Assembly: GCA_017608345.1 (NCBI GenBank)
Contig: JAFCGA010000002.1
Location: 79,023 to 143,022 of the forward strand
Origin: Candidatus Pacearchaeota archaeon
GTDB lineage: Archaea > Nanobdellota > Nanobdellia > UBA10117 > JAFCGA01
Direction: 5' to 3'
DNA: 64,000 bases
In this document: positions 11,274-20,249 of the stretch, one piece after another
Layout: each line of letters begins with the position of its first letter
How positions within the stretch are numbered: position 1 is the first letter of the stretch
Program-made: the position numbers and the translations under genes
The notes under the pieces: model-generated
Database searches by the model: none
What the model saw: the letters and a program-made list of their open reading frames with translations, nothing else
What the model was told of the DNA's origin: nothing

Positions 11274-11507
11274 TCAGTCTTCTTCCGCAGCGTCAATAGC
11301 GCGATTTATTTCAGCGACTATCTGATCGGCTTTAAGTCCGTGCATTTTAGCAACATTCGCGAGAGTTCCAAAGTTAACCGAGCCGCATCCACTACATCCG
11401 GCGCAGCCTAGCCCATGCATCATAAGTACTTCTTCTGCAGCAGGAATGTTTAATACTTCTTCTATTGGAGTATCTTTAGTTATTGTCATGGGATAAGCTC
11501 TGAGCAT
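11274..11507 (-). CDS. DUF1858 / hybrid-cluster-protein-associated redox disulfide domain protein
   Basis: TKDTPIEEVL...HGLGCAGCSGC...LANVAKMHGL. The real start is probably the Met at 11489. Confidence 0.65.
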   Translation of the reverse strand: MLRAYPMTITKDTPIEEVLNIPAAEEVLMMHGLGCAGCSGCGSVNFGTLANVAKMHGLKADQIVAEINRAIDAAEED

Positions 11508-11513
11508 CCCTTT

Positions 11514-12191
11514 TTAAAGCTTGCCATTTCTTTCTTTTCGTAAAATAGCTCTTCCCTCTTCGAGTAAATAGATCTCACCAATATTACTTATTTGACCATT
11601 ATTATAAATAAGTGCACTTCTTTCTGGAATAGCATAAATTGTCTTATCCTCTGCTTTAGATAACTTCTGTATTTCTGGCTTCCCCTTACCCGCATGTATT
11701 GGATCTGAGCTACCGTAATGAACCGTAACATAAATATCTGCTAATCCAAGACCTGGGAGAAGAGTTGTTCTCGGTTCCAAATCTTGTCCTTCTACAGCGA
11801 CGTATTTTTTACAAAAAGCAAGTGCTCCAGCACTATTACCAATAATAACTCCCTTGTATTCTTTCAGAATCTGAATTAGTTTATGATCTCTGATTCGATT
11901 AACTAGTAAGCGAGGATTCCCTCCAGGCAAATTAATTATGTTTGAGGTTTTTATCTTCTTTATTAGCTCTTTTTTAGAATCTGAGAGCTCAGCGAAGATG
12001 CTCTTTTTTGCACCTAACTCCCGGAAAAAGTCAGAAGTTATCTTTCGATAAGATTTATCCTCATGTTTTCTCGTCCAAGGGAAAGTCAAAATAATTGGAG
12101 ATTTGCCTGCATCAGAGAATGCTTTTTTGTAAATATCTGCTCCTTCTCGTTTTCTTGTACTTGCTCCGCCAATAAAATAAAGCTTTGGCAT
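11514..12191 (-). CDS. Peptidase S51 (dipeptidase E-like) family protein
   Basis: GGNPRLL and GNSAGA motifs. I moved the start to MPKLYFIGG (12191), 1 nt after the argS stop. Confidence 0.7.
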   Translation of the reverse strand: MPKLYFIGGASTRKREGADIYKKAFSDAGKSPIILTFPWTRKHEDKSYRKITSDFFRELGAKKSIFAELSDSKKELIKKIKTSNIINLPGGNPRLLVNRIRDHKLIQILKEYKGVIIGNSAGALAFCKKYVAVEGQDLEPRTTLLPGLGLADIYVTVHYGSSDPIHAGKGKPEIQKLSKAEDKTIYAIPERSALIYNNGQISNIGEIYLLEEGRAILRKERNGKL

Positions 12192-12192
12192 T

Positions 12193-13896
12193 TTACATCT
12201 CCGCAACTTCTTCAATTCCGAGCAAATTCAAAGCATTTTTTAGCGTATGAGCAAATGCCTTCACAAGAGCTAACCTTGCTCCCTGTAACTTCTTTTCAGC
12301 TCGAATTACTGGACAATTCTCATAAAAGCTAGAAAACAGTTGCGCTAGTTCGTAGGCGTAATTCGCAACCAACTGCGGCGAATAAGAATCAGCTGCTTTT
12401 TCAACAATTTCCGGAAAAAGAGCTATCTTTTTGACTAGCTCAAATTCATAGGGTTTAACTAATAATTCTAAGCTTGCTTTGCTTGGTTTTGCTTCTGATT
12501 TTTGCAAGATTTTGTTAGATCTTACTAATGCATACTGTAAATATGGTCCAGTGTTGCCTTCTAACGAAAGAACTTCGTCCCAATTAAAGCTAATCTGTTT
12601 GGTTGGAGAAACCCGAAGTTCGAAATATCTTATTGCTCCAACAGCGATTTTCTCAGCTAGTTTTAGCGGAGTTTTCTTTTTAGAGATTATTTTTTCTATC
12701 CCTTCATCTAGAATAGCGTCGGCCGGTAGCGTTGTTCCTGATCGAGTTGAGATCTTAACTTTATCGAAATTAACAAAAGATAAGAAAACAACATCGAGGG
12801 TCTTTGATTTTAGTATTCCAAAAATCTCGAGGAGTTTCTTAAGCTCAACAGCTTCGATTTTATGGTCTTCTCCTAGTACGATTATGTTCTTATCAGCAAG
12901 GCTTAGCTTATATTTATGATACGCTAGATCTCTAGTAATATAAACTGATGTTCCATTAGCTCTCAAAAATACAGTTCCTCCGCCCCTACGCTCGAATCCG
13001 TATTTGCTTAGATCCACAGCATGAGCGCCTTCTTCTAATATTTTATATTCGGGTAAGGCCTTTAGTTTATTAGCTATTTTCTTTTGCTCACCTGCTGCTA
13101 CAAGATCGCTTTCAAAGTCGAACTCATCAAAATTTATTCCAAATCGAGCAAGCATCTTTTTCTGTCCTTCCAGGCAAGTTTTGGCAACTTTGTTTAGCTC
13201 TGAAGCGTATTGCTTATTATTTTCTGCTGCGATTAAGAAATCATCAATTTCTTTCATTAGTTTCGGATTTTTCTCAACCAGCTTCATTGCGGTGACATAA
13301 ACGAACATAATTTTGAAGTCTGGGTTGTTCTTATATTTAGAGAATTTCTTAATCAGCGACGCAGAAGTTTTAATTTTATTTTTTATTCCCCAGTTGATTA
13401 TCGCGATTTGCTTGCCCATATCATTGACATAGTAATGCGTTTCTACATTGTAGCCGATTGCTTTGTATAATCTTACTAACGTATCTCCTATGAAAGAATT
13501 TCTTATACGTCCGACATGAGTTGGTCCGGAGGGATTAGTTGAAGTATGCTCGATTATTAATTTCTTGTTCTTCCCCTTATTTGATTTTCCGTAATTCTTG
13601 CTAACTTGTTTGAGTATTTCTGCAGCATATTTGCCTTCATCAACAAAGAAATTCAAATAAGGTCCGGCAATTTCTACTTTTTTAAAAATAGAGCTTTTCG
13701 GAATTGCTAGCTTTTTTCTTATTTGCATAGCAATCTCGCCCGGATTTTTCTTTAGCTTCTTAGATAAAATAAAGCAAGGGAAAGCTAAGTCTCCTAATTT
13801 TGAGTCAGGTGGGATCTCGATTAAATTTATGATCTGATTCTTGTTCAGCGAAATTAGCTTGCTTAGAATGCTAGCTGCTTGGGATTTGATATCCAT
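12193..13896 (-). CDS. argS: Arginine--tRNA ligase
   Basis: HTSTNPSGPTHVGRIRN, DLAYH, and the C-terminal anticodon-binding domain ending ..EVAEM. Confidence 0.9.
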   Translation of the reverse strand: MDIKSQAASILSKLISLNKNQIINLIEIPPDSKLGDLAFPCFILSKKLKKNPGEIAMQIRKKLAIPKSSIFKKVEIAGPYLNFFVDEGKYAAEILKQVSKNYGKSNKGKNKKLIIEHTSTNPSGPTHVGRIRNSFIGDTLVRLYKAIGYNVETHYYVNDMGKQIAIINWGIKNKIKTSASLIKKFSKYKNNPDFKIMFVYVTAMKLVEKNPKLMKEIDDFLIAAENNKQYASELNKVAKTCLEGQKKMLARFGINFDEFDFESDLVAAGEQKKIANKLKALPEYKILEEGAHAVDLSKYGFERRGGGTVFLRANGTSVYITRDLAYHKYKLSLADKNIIVLGEDHKIEAVELKKLLEIFGILKSKTLDVVFLSFVNFDKVKISTRSGTTLPADAILDEGIEKIISKKKTPLKLAEKIAVGAIRYFELRVSPTKQISFNWDEVLSLEGNTGPYLQYALVRSNKILQKSEAKPSKASLELLVKPYEFELVKKIALFPEIVEKAADSYSPQLVANYAYELAQLFSSFYENCPVIRAEKKLQGARLALVKAFAHTLKNALNLLGIEEVAEM

Positions 13897-13934
13897 AAGA
13901 TATAATTCAGCTGCAAGTTTATAATCTTAATTAT

Positions 13935-15083
13935 TTAGAACTTAAATCTCTTAATCTCAGCTCGCTTGATACTATCGCTAATTAGCATTTTCTGGCGCTT
14001 AATATTCTTTTCAATCGTTTCAATTTCGCTAAGCTTAGCTCTAGTTTCAGGATGCTTAGCAATCATAAATGAGCAGCAATCTGGATAGGGTTGAATAGAA
14101 TATTCATAAGTTCCAATTTTCTTTGCGATATCAACAATTTCTTCCTTGTTCATGCCAATCAGAGGAGCAAGAATTGGTAATTCTGCGGCAGAATAAATGC
14201 AGGTTATATTCTCAATTGTCTGTGAAGCGACCTGCCCGATGCTATCTCCCGTAATGATTCCTTTAATCTTTTCAGTCTTAGATATTTCATTGATTATTTT
14301 CATCATGAAGCGCCGATAAATTATCATTCTGAATTTTGCAGGAACATTTGCAATTATTTCTTGCTGGATTTTCTCAAAAGGAACAATGTAAATCTTCGAA
14401 TTTAGTTGGAATTTAGTTAGCTGTTTAACTAGATCATCCAGCTTTGATAAAATCCCTCTGCTAACTGTTGTGTTATGAACGTGCACGAAAACGATTTCGC
14501 AGCCGCGCTTCATTAGCAGAAATGCGCTTACTGGACTGTCTATTCCGCCGGATAGCGAGCAAGCTATTTTGCCGCTAACGCCAACAGGTAATCCGCTAAC
14601 TCCTTGATATTTCTTGCAGAAAAGTAGTGCTTCTTTCTCACCAATTTCAATATAGAGTCTCAGCTCCGGAGTCTTAACGTCCACTTTTTTCTTTAATTTC
14701 GTTATGATATGATCGCCCAGCTCGCAATTTAATTGCTGTGAAGTTAGTTTGAATTTCTTATTAGATCTTTTTGTATCTACCTTGAATGTTTTGAATTTCT
14801 CTTCTTTCAAGAGTTTAATTGAATCAGCTTTAATTGATTTTAGATCTAAAGTTGTCTTAACAGCGAAGGAGAAATTAGCTATCCCTGGCAGTCTTTCTAG
14901 AATTTGTTTTATTTTTTCGAGACCCTCTTTTTTATCTAGCTCACAGATTATTCTTCCATAGCGTCGGTAAGCTTCTTTTTCGATAGCTTTGTTAATATTT
15001 TTAACAAGTCGATTTTCAAAAAAAGCTCTATTCTTACCTTTAGTTCCGATCTCGCTGTAATGAATTACTATACTGTTGTACAT
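13935..15083 (-). CDS. thiI: tRNA 4-thiouridine synthase ThiI (THUMP + PP-loop)
   Basis: SGGIDS PP-loop with an N-terminal ferredoxin-like/THUMP region. Confidence 0.85.
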   Translation of the reverse strand: MYNSIVIHYSEIGTKGKNRAFFENRLVKNINKAIEKEAYRRYGRIICELDKKEGLEKIKQILERLPGIANFSFAVKTTLDLKSIKADSIKLLKEEKFKTFKVDTKRSNKKFKLTSQQLNCELGDHIITKLKKKVDVKTPELRLYIEIGEKEALLFCKKYQGVSGLPVGVSGKIACSLSGGIDSPVSAFLLMKRGCEIVFVHVHNTTVSRGILSKLDDLVKQLTKFQLNSKIYIVPFEKIQQEIIANVPAKFRMIIYRRFMMKIINEISKTEKIKGIITGDSIGQVASQTIENITCIYSAAELPILAPLIGMNKEEIVDIAKKIGTYEYSIQPYPDCCSFMIAKHPETRAKLSEIETIEKNIKRQKMLISDSIKRAEIKRFKF

Positions 15084-15120
15084 GTCTTTTTACTTGTTTT
15101 TTGGTTTAAAAAGCTAGTGC

Positions 15121-15801
15121 TTAGACGGTCCAAGTGAGAAACATAAATATCGCGTAAAGGATTACTCCGGCGAGGAAATATTTCGGATCGCCCTTGCGCC
15201 CAATCGGAAGCATATCTCTTATTGCTATATAAAATAGCGCCCCTACGACGAATCCGAGGAAAATGTGATATACGACTGGAGCAATATTAATATAAATTGC
15301 TAGAAAAACTCCGATAAGTGTCGATGCAGATAATAATACTTTAATAATTGTCTTCTCGCTTATGCTGACGTGAATCTCTTTTAGAGATATTTTACTTAGT
15401 ATTGTGTGGAATGTAATTGGAATAAAGAAAATAGTTCCCATTAGTATGCTGGTTCTGGTGAGCTTTACTAATATAATACCAATAAGTAAATAATATACGA
15501 AAAAGATTATAGCATGGGCTTCAGCTAGTTCGGTTTTAGCTTTTCTTGCCGGATGGTTCCAAATGTGCTTTTCAATTAAATGCAGAACACTAAATCCCAC
15601 TAATACGAATACAAATGCTAGCTTATGGAGATGTTCTACTGTTTCTAATACTTCTGGTAGGAGGAATAAGAAAATGTAAGATATGGTTATGCCTCCTGCG
15701 AAAGACATTAAGCTGACTCTCCCTGCAGTGAATTTTTTGTAAAAGAACTTGTTGAAGTAGTGAATTAGCGCAAGAATTGCACCGAAAATTATTGCTAGCA
15801 T
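15121..15801 (-). CDS. Polytopic membrane protein (possibly a ZIP-like metal permease)
   Basis: 7-8 TM segments with a His-rich loop, HLIEKHIWNH. The functional call is weak. Confidence 0.4.
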   Translation of the reverse strand: MLAIIFGAILALIHYFNKFFYKKFTAGRVSLMSFAGGITISYIFLFLLPEVLETVEHLHKLAFVFVLVGFSVLHLIEKHIWNHPARKAKTELAEAHAIIFFVYYLLIGIILVKLTRTSILMGTIFFIPITFHTILSKISLKEIHVSISEKTIIKVLLSASTLIGVFLAIYINIAPVVYHIFLGFVVGALFYIAIRDMLPIGRKGDPKYFLAGVILYAIFMFLTWTV

Positions 15802-15860
15802 TTAATGAACTTGTAGTTAGAAGTATATAATTCTTTTTGATTATAACACTTACTTAAGCG

Positions 15861-16793
15861 CTATATTTTACTAAGAAACTCTTCCAAAGTTATTTTAGAG
15901 AACAACTGATAATGCTTGATTTGCTCACGCATCCACTTTTTAATACTCTTCTCTAAATTCGGATGCCTTCGGCACTGTTCTATGCACCAGTCCACTGCTC
16001 CGAGAATTCGGAGTTTAATGAAATAATAGATTGCTTTTTTCTCCTCCAAATTTAGTTTAATTCTAGATTGATATGCTTGCAGTAATAGTTTTATTTGGTT
16101 CCAATAAACTAATTTGATTTTAATTAGCATGTGCGCAATGAATATTGCTGATTCCGCAGCATAGAATCCATAATGAGCATCACCCCAATCGATAAGAACT
16201 ATCTTGTTTTCTCTCGACCGAAGCATATTTGATGCTTGAACATCCCCATGTATTACTCCTTCTTTTAGCTTAGATAATTCTAATTTCTTGATCGAAGCTA
16301 TCGTTTTTTTAAACTCGCCCGTAAGATCTATTTCGGGAATTGTTGATGTTATTTCTGTTGCAAACGGACCATAGCCTTCGCGCTTACCGCTTATTTCTGA
16401 AAGTGCTAGATGCATCTTTGCTAAATCTATTCCAAGAGCACTTATTTCTTCATTTGTAAATTTTACCGGATAGTTACCTTCGAAGAAATCTTGTAAGAAC
16501 ATAGTTTTCTTTTTGTAAGTTATATATGTAGTACCGGTCCTAGTTTTAATCAACTTAGGTGTAGCAATTTTCTTATCAGATGCTAGTGCTTGTATTTTAA
16601 TCTCGAATCTCGAATGGTCTCGATACTGTCCTTCGAAGATTTTTAGAACGTATTTTCCTTTCGAAGTTCGGATGAAATACACCGTTGTCTCAAGTGCTTG
16701 AGAACTGTGTCTTGCAGAATGGAATTCACCAATACAATAATTGCTTAATATTTTCTCGAAATCCGCTTTCACTAGTTTTGTTAATATAGTCAT
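15861..16793 (-). CDS. Aminoglycoside phosphotransferase/choline-kinase-fold small-molecule kinase
   Basis: HGDVQASNML catalytic loop and IDWGDA metal-binding motif. Confidence 0.7.
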   Translation of the reverse strand: MTILTKLVKADFEKILSNYCIGEFHSARHSSQALETTVYFIRTSKGKYVLKIFEGQYRDHSRFEIKIQALASDKKIATPKLIKTRTGTTYITYKKKTMFLQDFFEGNYPVKFTNEEISALGIDLAKMHLALSEISGKREGYGPFATEITSTIPEIDLTGEFKKTIASIKKLELSKLKEGVIHGDVQASNMLRSRENKIVLIDWGDAHYGFYAAESAIFIAHMLIKIKLVYWNQIKLLLQAYQSRIKLNLEEKKAIYYFIKLRILGAVDWCIEQCRRHPNLEKSIKKWMREQIKHYQLFSKITLEEFLSKI

Positions 16794-16827
16794 GTTTAGT
16801 TATTCTGAATCGAATATAAAAAAGTAG

Positions 16828-16947
16828 TGCCCCCAGCGGGATTTACCTCGAACGTACCGTTCGTATAAATGCTCGTCACGCTCGCATTTGAACCCACGTC
16901 ACTGGCTTGAAAGGCCAGCATGCTTGGCCGGGCTACACTATGGGGGC
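16828..16947 (-). tRNA. tRNA-Glu(UUC) with an inferred 45-nt insertion in the T-loop
   Basis: GCCCCCA TA GTGT..GCAT G CTGGC CT TTC AA GCCAG TGAC GTGGG TTCAAAT [45 nt ending GGTAAAT] CCCGC TGGGGGC A. Confidence 0.75.
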
Positions 16948-17040
16948 ATGAGTTTTCACAAGTAAAATTGGTTTAAAAAGATTTGGCTTTAAGGCATATT
17001 AAAGTAAGCAAAGGGAAGAGTAAATTATTATAATTCTGAA

Positions 17041-17733
17041 TTAAATTTTTCTGAAGCTTACGATCCAGTGCGCGTTTAACCCTTCTTTTCTGGAATAAAC
17101 GATTTCTTGCATACTTAAAATCATTAAAGAATTTCTTGCTGCTAACTCCTCGAGCTCTTCTCTAGAATAATGATGTAATATTATTCCTGCTTTCTTCCCA
17201 GCTTTTTGTACAAAGGTAATTCCTCTATCTGGGACACGCTCTCCGGGCAACTGTCTCATCTTAGTCGATCTCACGGATAATAGAAATAACCCGTTCTTCT
17301 TTAGAACTCTGCTAACTTCAGAGAATGATTTTTCAGCACCCTTCCAATCGTTATGCTGAAAAACACGCATGCTTAAAATATAATCGAAAGTAGCTTTTTT
17401 ATAAGGTATTTTATAAAAACTTCCTACCCGAACATCTGCTTCGAGCTTATCTTCTTTTAATATTTCCTTAAGTTGTGCTATCGCACTTTTAGAAATATCA
17501 ATTCCGTAAGTTTTGAAGCCTAATTTGGCAACGTATTTAGTATTTCTACCATTTCCGCATCCGATATCTAAAATACTTCCCTTCTTGAATTCATCTCCGT
17601 ATCTGTTTAAGAAATTTCGGACGTGCGGATCTACGTTTCGCTTAAGATAAGGCTTAGTCTTAGTATATCTTGTATCCCATATTTTTTTAGCCGCGTCTTC
17701 GCGGGATTTAAATTTAGCAGTTATATTTATCAT
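17041..17733 (-). CDS. Class I SAM-dependent methyltransferase
   Basis: ILDIGCGNGRN motif I. Confidence 0.8.
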   Translation of the reverse strand: MINITAKFKSREDAAKKIWDTRYTKTKPYLKRNVDPHVRNFLNRYGDEFKKGSILDIGCGNGRNTKYVAKLGFKTYGIDISKSAIAQLKEILKEDKLEADVRVGSFYKIPYKKATFDYILSMRVFQHNDWKGAEKSFSEVSRVLKKNGLFLLSVRSTKMRQLPGERVPDRGITFVQKAGKKAGIILHHYSREELEELAARNSLMILSMQEIVYSRKEGLNAHWIVSFRKI

Positions 17734-17805
17734 TATATGTTCGTAATGTATGTTTATTATATGTCTTATTGGATATTATTCCGCCGTCAGTTTTTAAAAA
17801 GAATA

Positions 17806-17981
17806 TGGCCGAGATGAGATTTGAATTCGTGCACCAATTCCAGTTTAAGGGAAAGGGCGGCTCACGACCTCTGGTTGGCTTAAACGCATCGTAGCCGATG
17901 CGTGTCATATAAGACCAGCGCTCTAACCAGATTACTCACTTTCTCTTTTTCTAAAAGAGAAAAGCTCTAAGCTACTCGGCC
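17806..17981 (-). tRNA. tRNA-Ile(UAU) with three inferred insertions: D-loop 17931-17965, canonical 37/38 site 17877-17907, T-stem/T-loop junction 17826-17860
   Basis: Exons of 16+23+16+20 nt assemble into a 75-nt cloverleaf: GGCCGAG TA GCTT AGACTGGTTA GAGC G CTGGT CTTATAA ACCAG AGGTC GTGAG TTCAAAT CTCAT CTCGGCC A. At the 37/38 insertion, CTTA/TAAG forms the 4-bp helix of a bulge-helix-bulge (BHB) splice motif. Confidence 0.7.
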
Positions 17982-17984
17982 AAG

Positions 17985-18214
17985 CGCCCGTGGTCAGATT
18001 TTCTAAAGCCTGGGAACCAAGGTTCCCTTCTTTCTTCCAGAGAGAAATCCCCGAGATTTCTCTTGGCCACGCGAAACTTAACGAGTTTCGCTTGGTTTCC
18101 CGAGGGTTTTTCTTTCTTCGGGAAGAAAGAAAAAGGCTCTTTGAACTGACGGCCTCACGGTTTCTAACATAAGGCTAACAGCCGTGCGCTATAACCAGAC
18201 TAAGCTACACGGGC
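17985..18214 (-). tRNA. tRNA-Asn(GUU) with an inferred 14-nt anticodon-loop insertion (18162-18175) and a 141-nt T-loop insertion (17999-18139)
   Basis: GCCCGTG TA GCTT..AGC G CACGG CT GTT A [14] A CCGTG AGGCC GTCAG TTCAAA [141] T CTGAC CACGGGC G. It lies only 3 nt upstream of the tRNA-Ile 5' end. Confidence 0.65.
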
Positions 18215-18341
18215 AAGATAATACTCATAGATTCGTTTATAAAATTTGCGCAAGCGAATTTTATTCTCGAAAATCCGCGATTTTTGAGTTGAAAGAGTTT
18301 CTTATCGGAAGAAATATATTATAGTAAAACATTATTTCATT

Positions 18342-18539
18342 ATGCCCTACTCAAAAAACTCTGAATTACCTGCTGCAGTAAAAGATAATCTTCCAGCAAG
18401 AGCACAGACAATCTTTAGAAAAACCTTCAACTCAGCTCATGAGCAGTATAAAGAAGAAGTTCGAGCTTTCAAAGTTGCTTGGGCTGCAGTTAAGAAAGTT
18501 TATATGAAAAATGCTCAAGGTAAGTGGGTTAAGATCTAA
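18342..18539 (+). CDS. ChaB family protein
   Basis: MPYSKNSELPAAVKDNLPARAQTIFRKTFNSA...AFKVAWAAVKK closely follows the ChaB pattern. Confidence 0.7.
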   Translation: MPYSKNSELPAAVKDNLPARAQTIFRKTFNSAHEQYKEEVRAFKVAWAAVKKVYMKNAQGKWVKI

Positions 18540-19102
18540 GTCAGAGAAAGAACTGCTTCTGGATCAACATCGATTCGATCAAAAATATGTTTCTCAATCG
18601 CGTAGACTTTTGGTTTTACTAATTCAAAAAAAGTCATACTTCGCGGGGAGAGACTCCCGTACCGTTTATTAAAGTACTCGAATCGTTCTTCTACTGTGAC
18701 GATTTGATCATTATTTACTCTTTGATCTGCATATAAAGTTATCAGCTCTTCCCAACTCCAAGTGCGGAAATCTTTTTCTTTAAATAGATAAGTTAGAATA
18801 TGTTTGCGAGCGCTTTCACCGATTTCAGGATAACCTTCCTTAGTTAAAGTAGTATATCCAAGCTCTCCATGTCCACTACCGTGTAGCGTTACTCTTATCT
18901 CCTCGGGCTTTCCGATATCGTGGAGCATTGCTATCCTGCTAGCTAGATCTAAATTAACTTCTTCGCCCGCAGCTATTAATTTCTTAGCTAAGAAAACTAC
19001 AATCTTTTCAACCACGAGACTGTGTTTAGTTATGTGTGCAAATTCTTGACCCATGTATTTGTCTAATAATCGCAGACATTCGTCTCGCGTCGGAATTATC
19101 AT
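18536..19102 (-). CDS. HD domain phosphohydrolase
   Basis: H...HDIGK motif. I moved the start to MIIPTRDE (19102) to avoid overlapping top6A. Confidence 0.7.
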   Translation of the reverse strand: MIIPTRDECLRLLDKYMGQEFAHITKHSLVVEKIVVFLAKKLIAAGEEVNLDLASRIAMLHDIGKPEEIRVTLHGSGHGELGYTTLTKEGYPEIGESARKHILTYLFKEKDFRTWSWEELITLYADQRVNNDQIVTVEERFEYFNKRYGSLSPRSMTFFELVKPKVYAIEKHIFDRIDVDPEAVLSLT

Positions 19103-19139
19103 AACGCGCTGTCTAAAGAATATTTTATAAGAGTATTGA

Positions 19140-20249
19140 TTAAACAATAAAGTCTTTATTATCAATAATTGTAGGCAAATAAACCTTAGACGTGAAATCA
19201 ATTGATTTGCTGACCAAAGAATCTGATTCAACTTTATATTTGAAATCTTTCAAAGCTTTTAGCTCAGCCTGCCAAGCCTTATTCTTAAACCAATCATAGT
19301 TCTGGATCTCTTTGATTCTCTTGTAATCAAGATCATTCATCTCAATCCAATTTGTTTTAGGAATATCAAATCGCTTTATATCTTTAGTTTTCAATCCAAT
19401 GTATTTAGCGTCTGGGCAGCCTGCTTTTTCAGAGAAGAAAGCTAGGTTAATTGAGCCTTGCTTGTAAACAGAATAGATGTAATACCCGTAAGCATCCATA
19501 TCTGTGAAGATATAAACTGGAATCTTTAGTTCCTTGCTAATCCTCGCCAGTAATCTCCTTGCAGAACGGGAAGCCTGACCTTTTCCAGTCATAAGCAAGC
19601 AATTATTTTTCTTCCAGTACCGCTCCTGATTTAATAGATTCCAAACCGCGAACTTCTCAACTACGAGAATATAATCTGCGCTGCACTCTTTAAAATTAAC
19701 TACATGATTTTCAGTATTCGGAGGAATAGCCGCTCCGGCAGAGCCTAATTTAGCGCAATTAATAATATCATTAGTTTTCATGTCTTCATATACTAGTGGC
19801 CCAGCTATAACTCCGTCCGGCGTTGCTTCTAATCCGAGTTGTTCTCTAAGGACATCAATCGTAACTTCAACATCTTCAATTACTGGGTCTGTTTCAGTCT
19901 TCTGATCGTCAAAAGTATTTTCTTTTGAGCCTTCTATTGTGTGTTTTAGAATATAGTAGAGCTGTCTAGTTGAGATTGCAGGTTTGTTCTGTTCAAGGAG
20001 CTGTTTAATTCCTGCCGCAACTAAGGAAGTCTGCATGAATTTCTTAGCTTGACCTACGTTGAAAAATGTACGCGTCTGAGTTTTATCACCTAGTTTAATC
20101 AGCCGATCTTTCTCATCAAAGTAAGCATTGCTTAATGTTCTAAGTGGCATAGTCATGCTTGGATTTTTCAGCGCTTCAATAGCTCCATTCATGTCTACAC
20201 CCAAGTTCTTTAATCGTTGAATTATAATATCTCTAGTTAGCTCAGTCAT
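19140..20249 (-). CDS. top6A: DNA topoisomerase VI subunit A (Spo11 family)
   Basis: Winged-helix plus Toprim arrangement (..LVVEKFAVWNLL.., ..IFTDMDAYGYYI..). Confidence 0.9.
   Translation of the reverse strand: MTELTRDIIIQRLKNLGVDMNGAIEALKNPSMTMPLRTLSNAYFDEKDRLIKLGDKTQTRTFFNVGQAKKFMQTSLVAAGIKQLLEQNKPAISTRQLYYILKHTIEGSKENTFDDQKTETDPVIEDVEVTIDVLREQLGLEATPDGVIAGPLVYEDMKTNDIINCAKLGSAGAAIPPNTENHVVNFKECSADYILVVEKFAVWNLLNQERYWKKNNCLLMTGKGQASRSARRLLARISKELKIPVYIFTDMDAYGYYIYSVYKQGSINLAFFSEKAGCPDAKYIGLKTKDIKRFDIPKTNWIEMNDLDYKRIKEIQNYDWFKNKAWQAELKALKDFKYKVESDSLVSKSIDFTSKVYLPTIIDNKDFIV

Noticed and set aside
12479-12919. Long antisense ORFs inside argS, with similar ones inside top6B (21387-21809), secY (44269-44643), S3 (34278-34613), the antiporter gene (9111-9982) and others
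   Set aside because: Each is fully contained in a well-supported gene on the other strand and has a low-complexity or hydrophobic mirror-image composition.
17714-18172. ORFs 17714-17908 (-) and 17990-18172 (+), considered as possible intron-encoded proteins
   Set aside because: They overlap tRNA exons as well as the insertions, have no start context, and are far too short for a homing endonuclease. The region is better explained as structured RNA.
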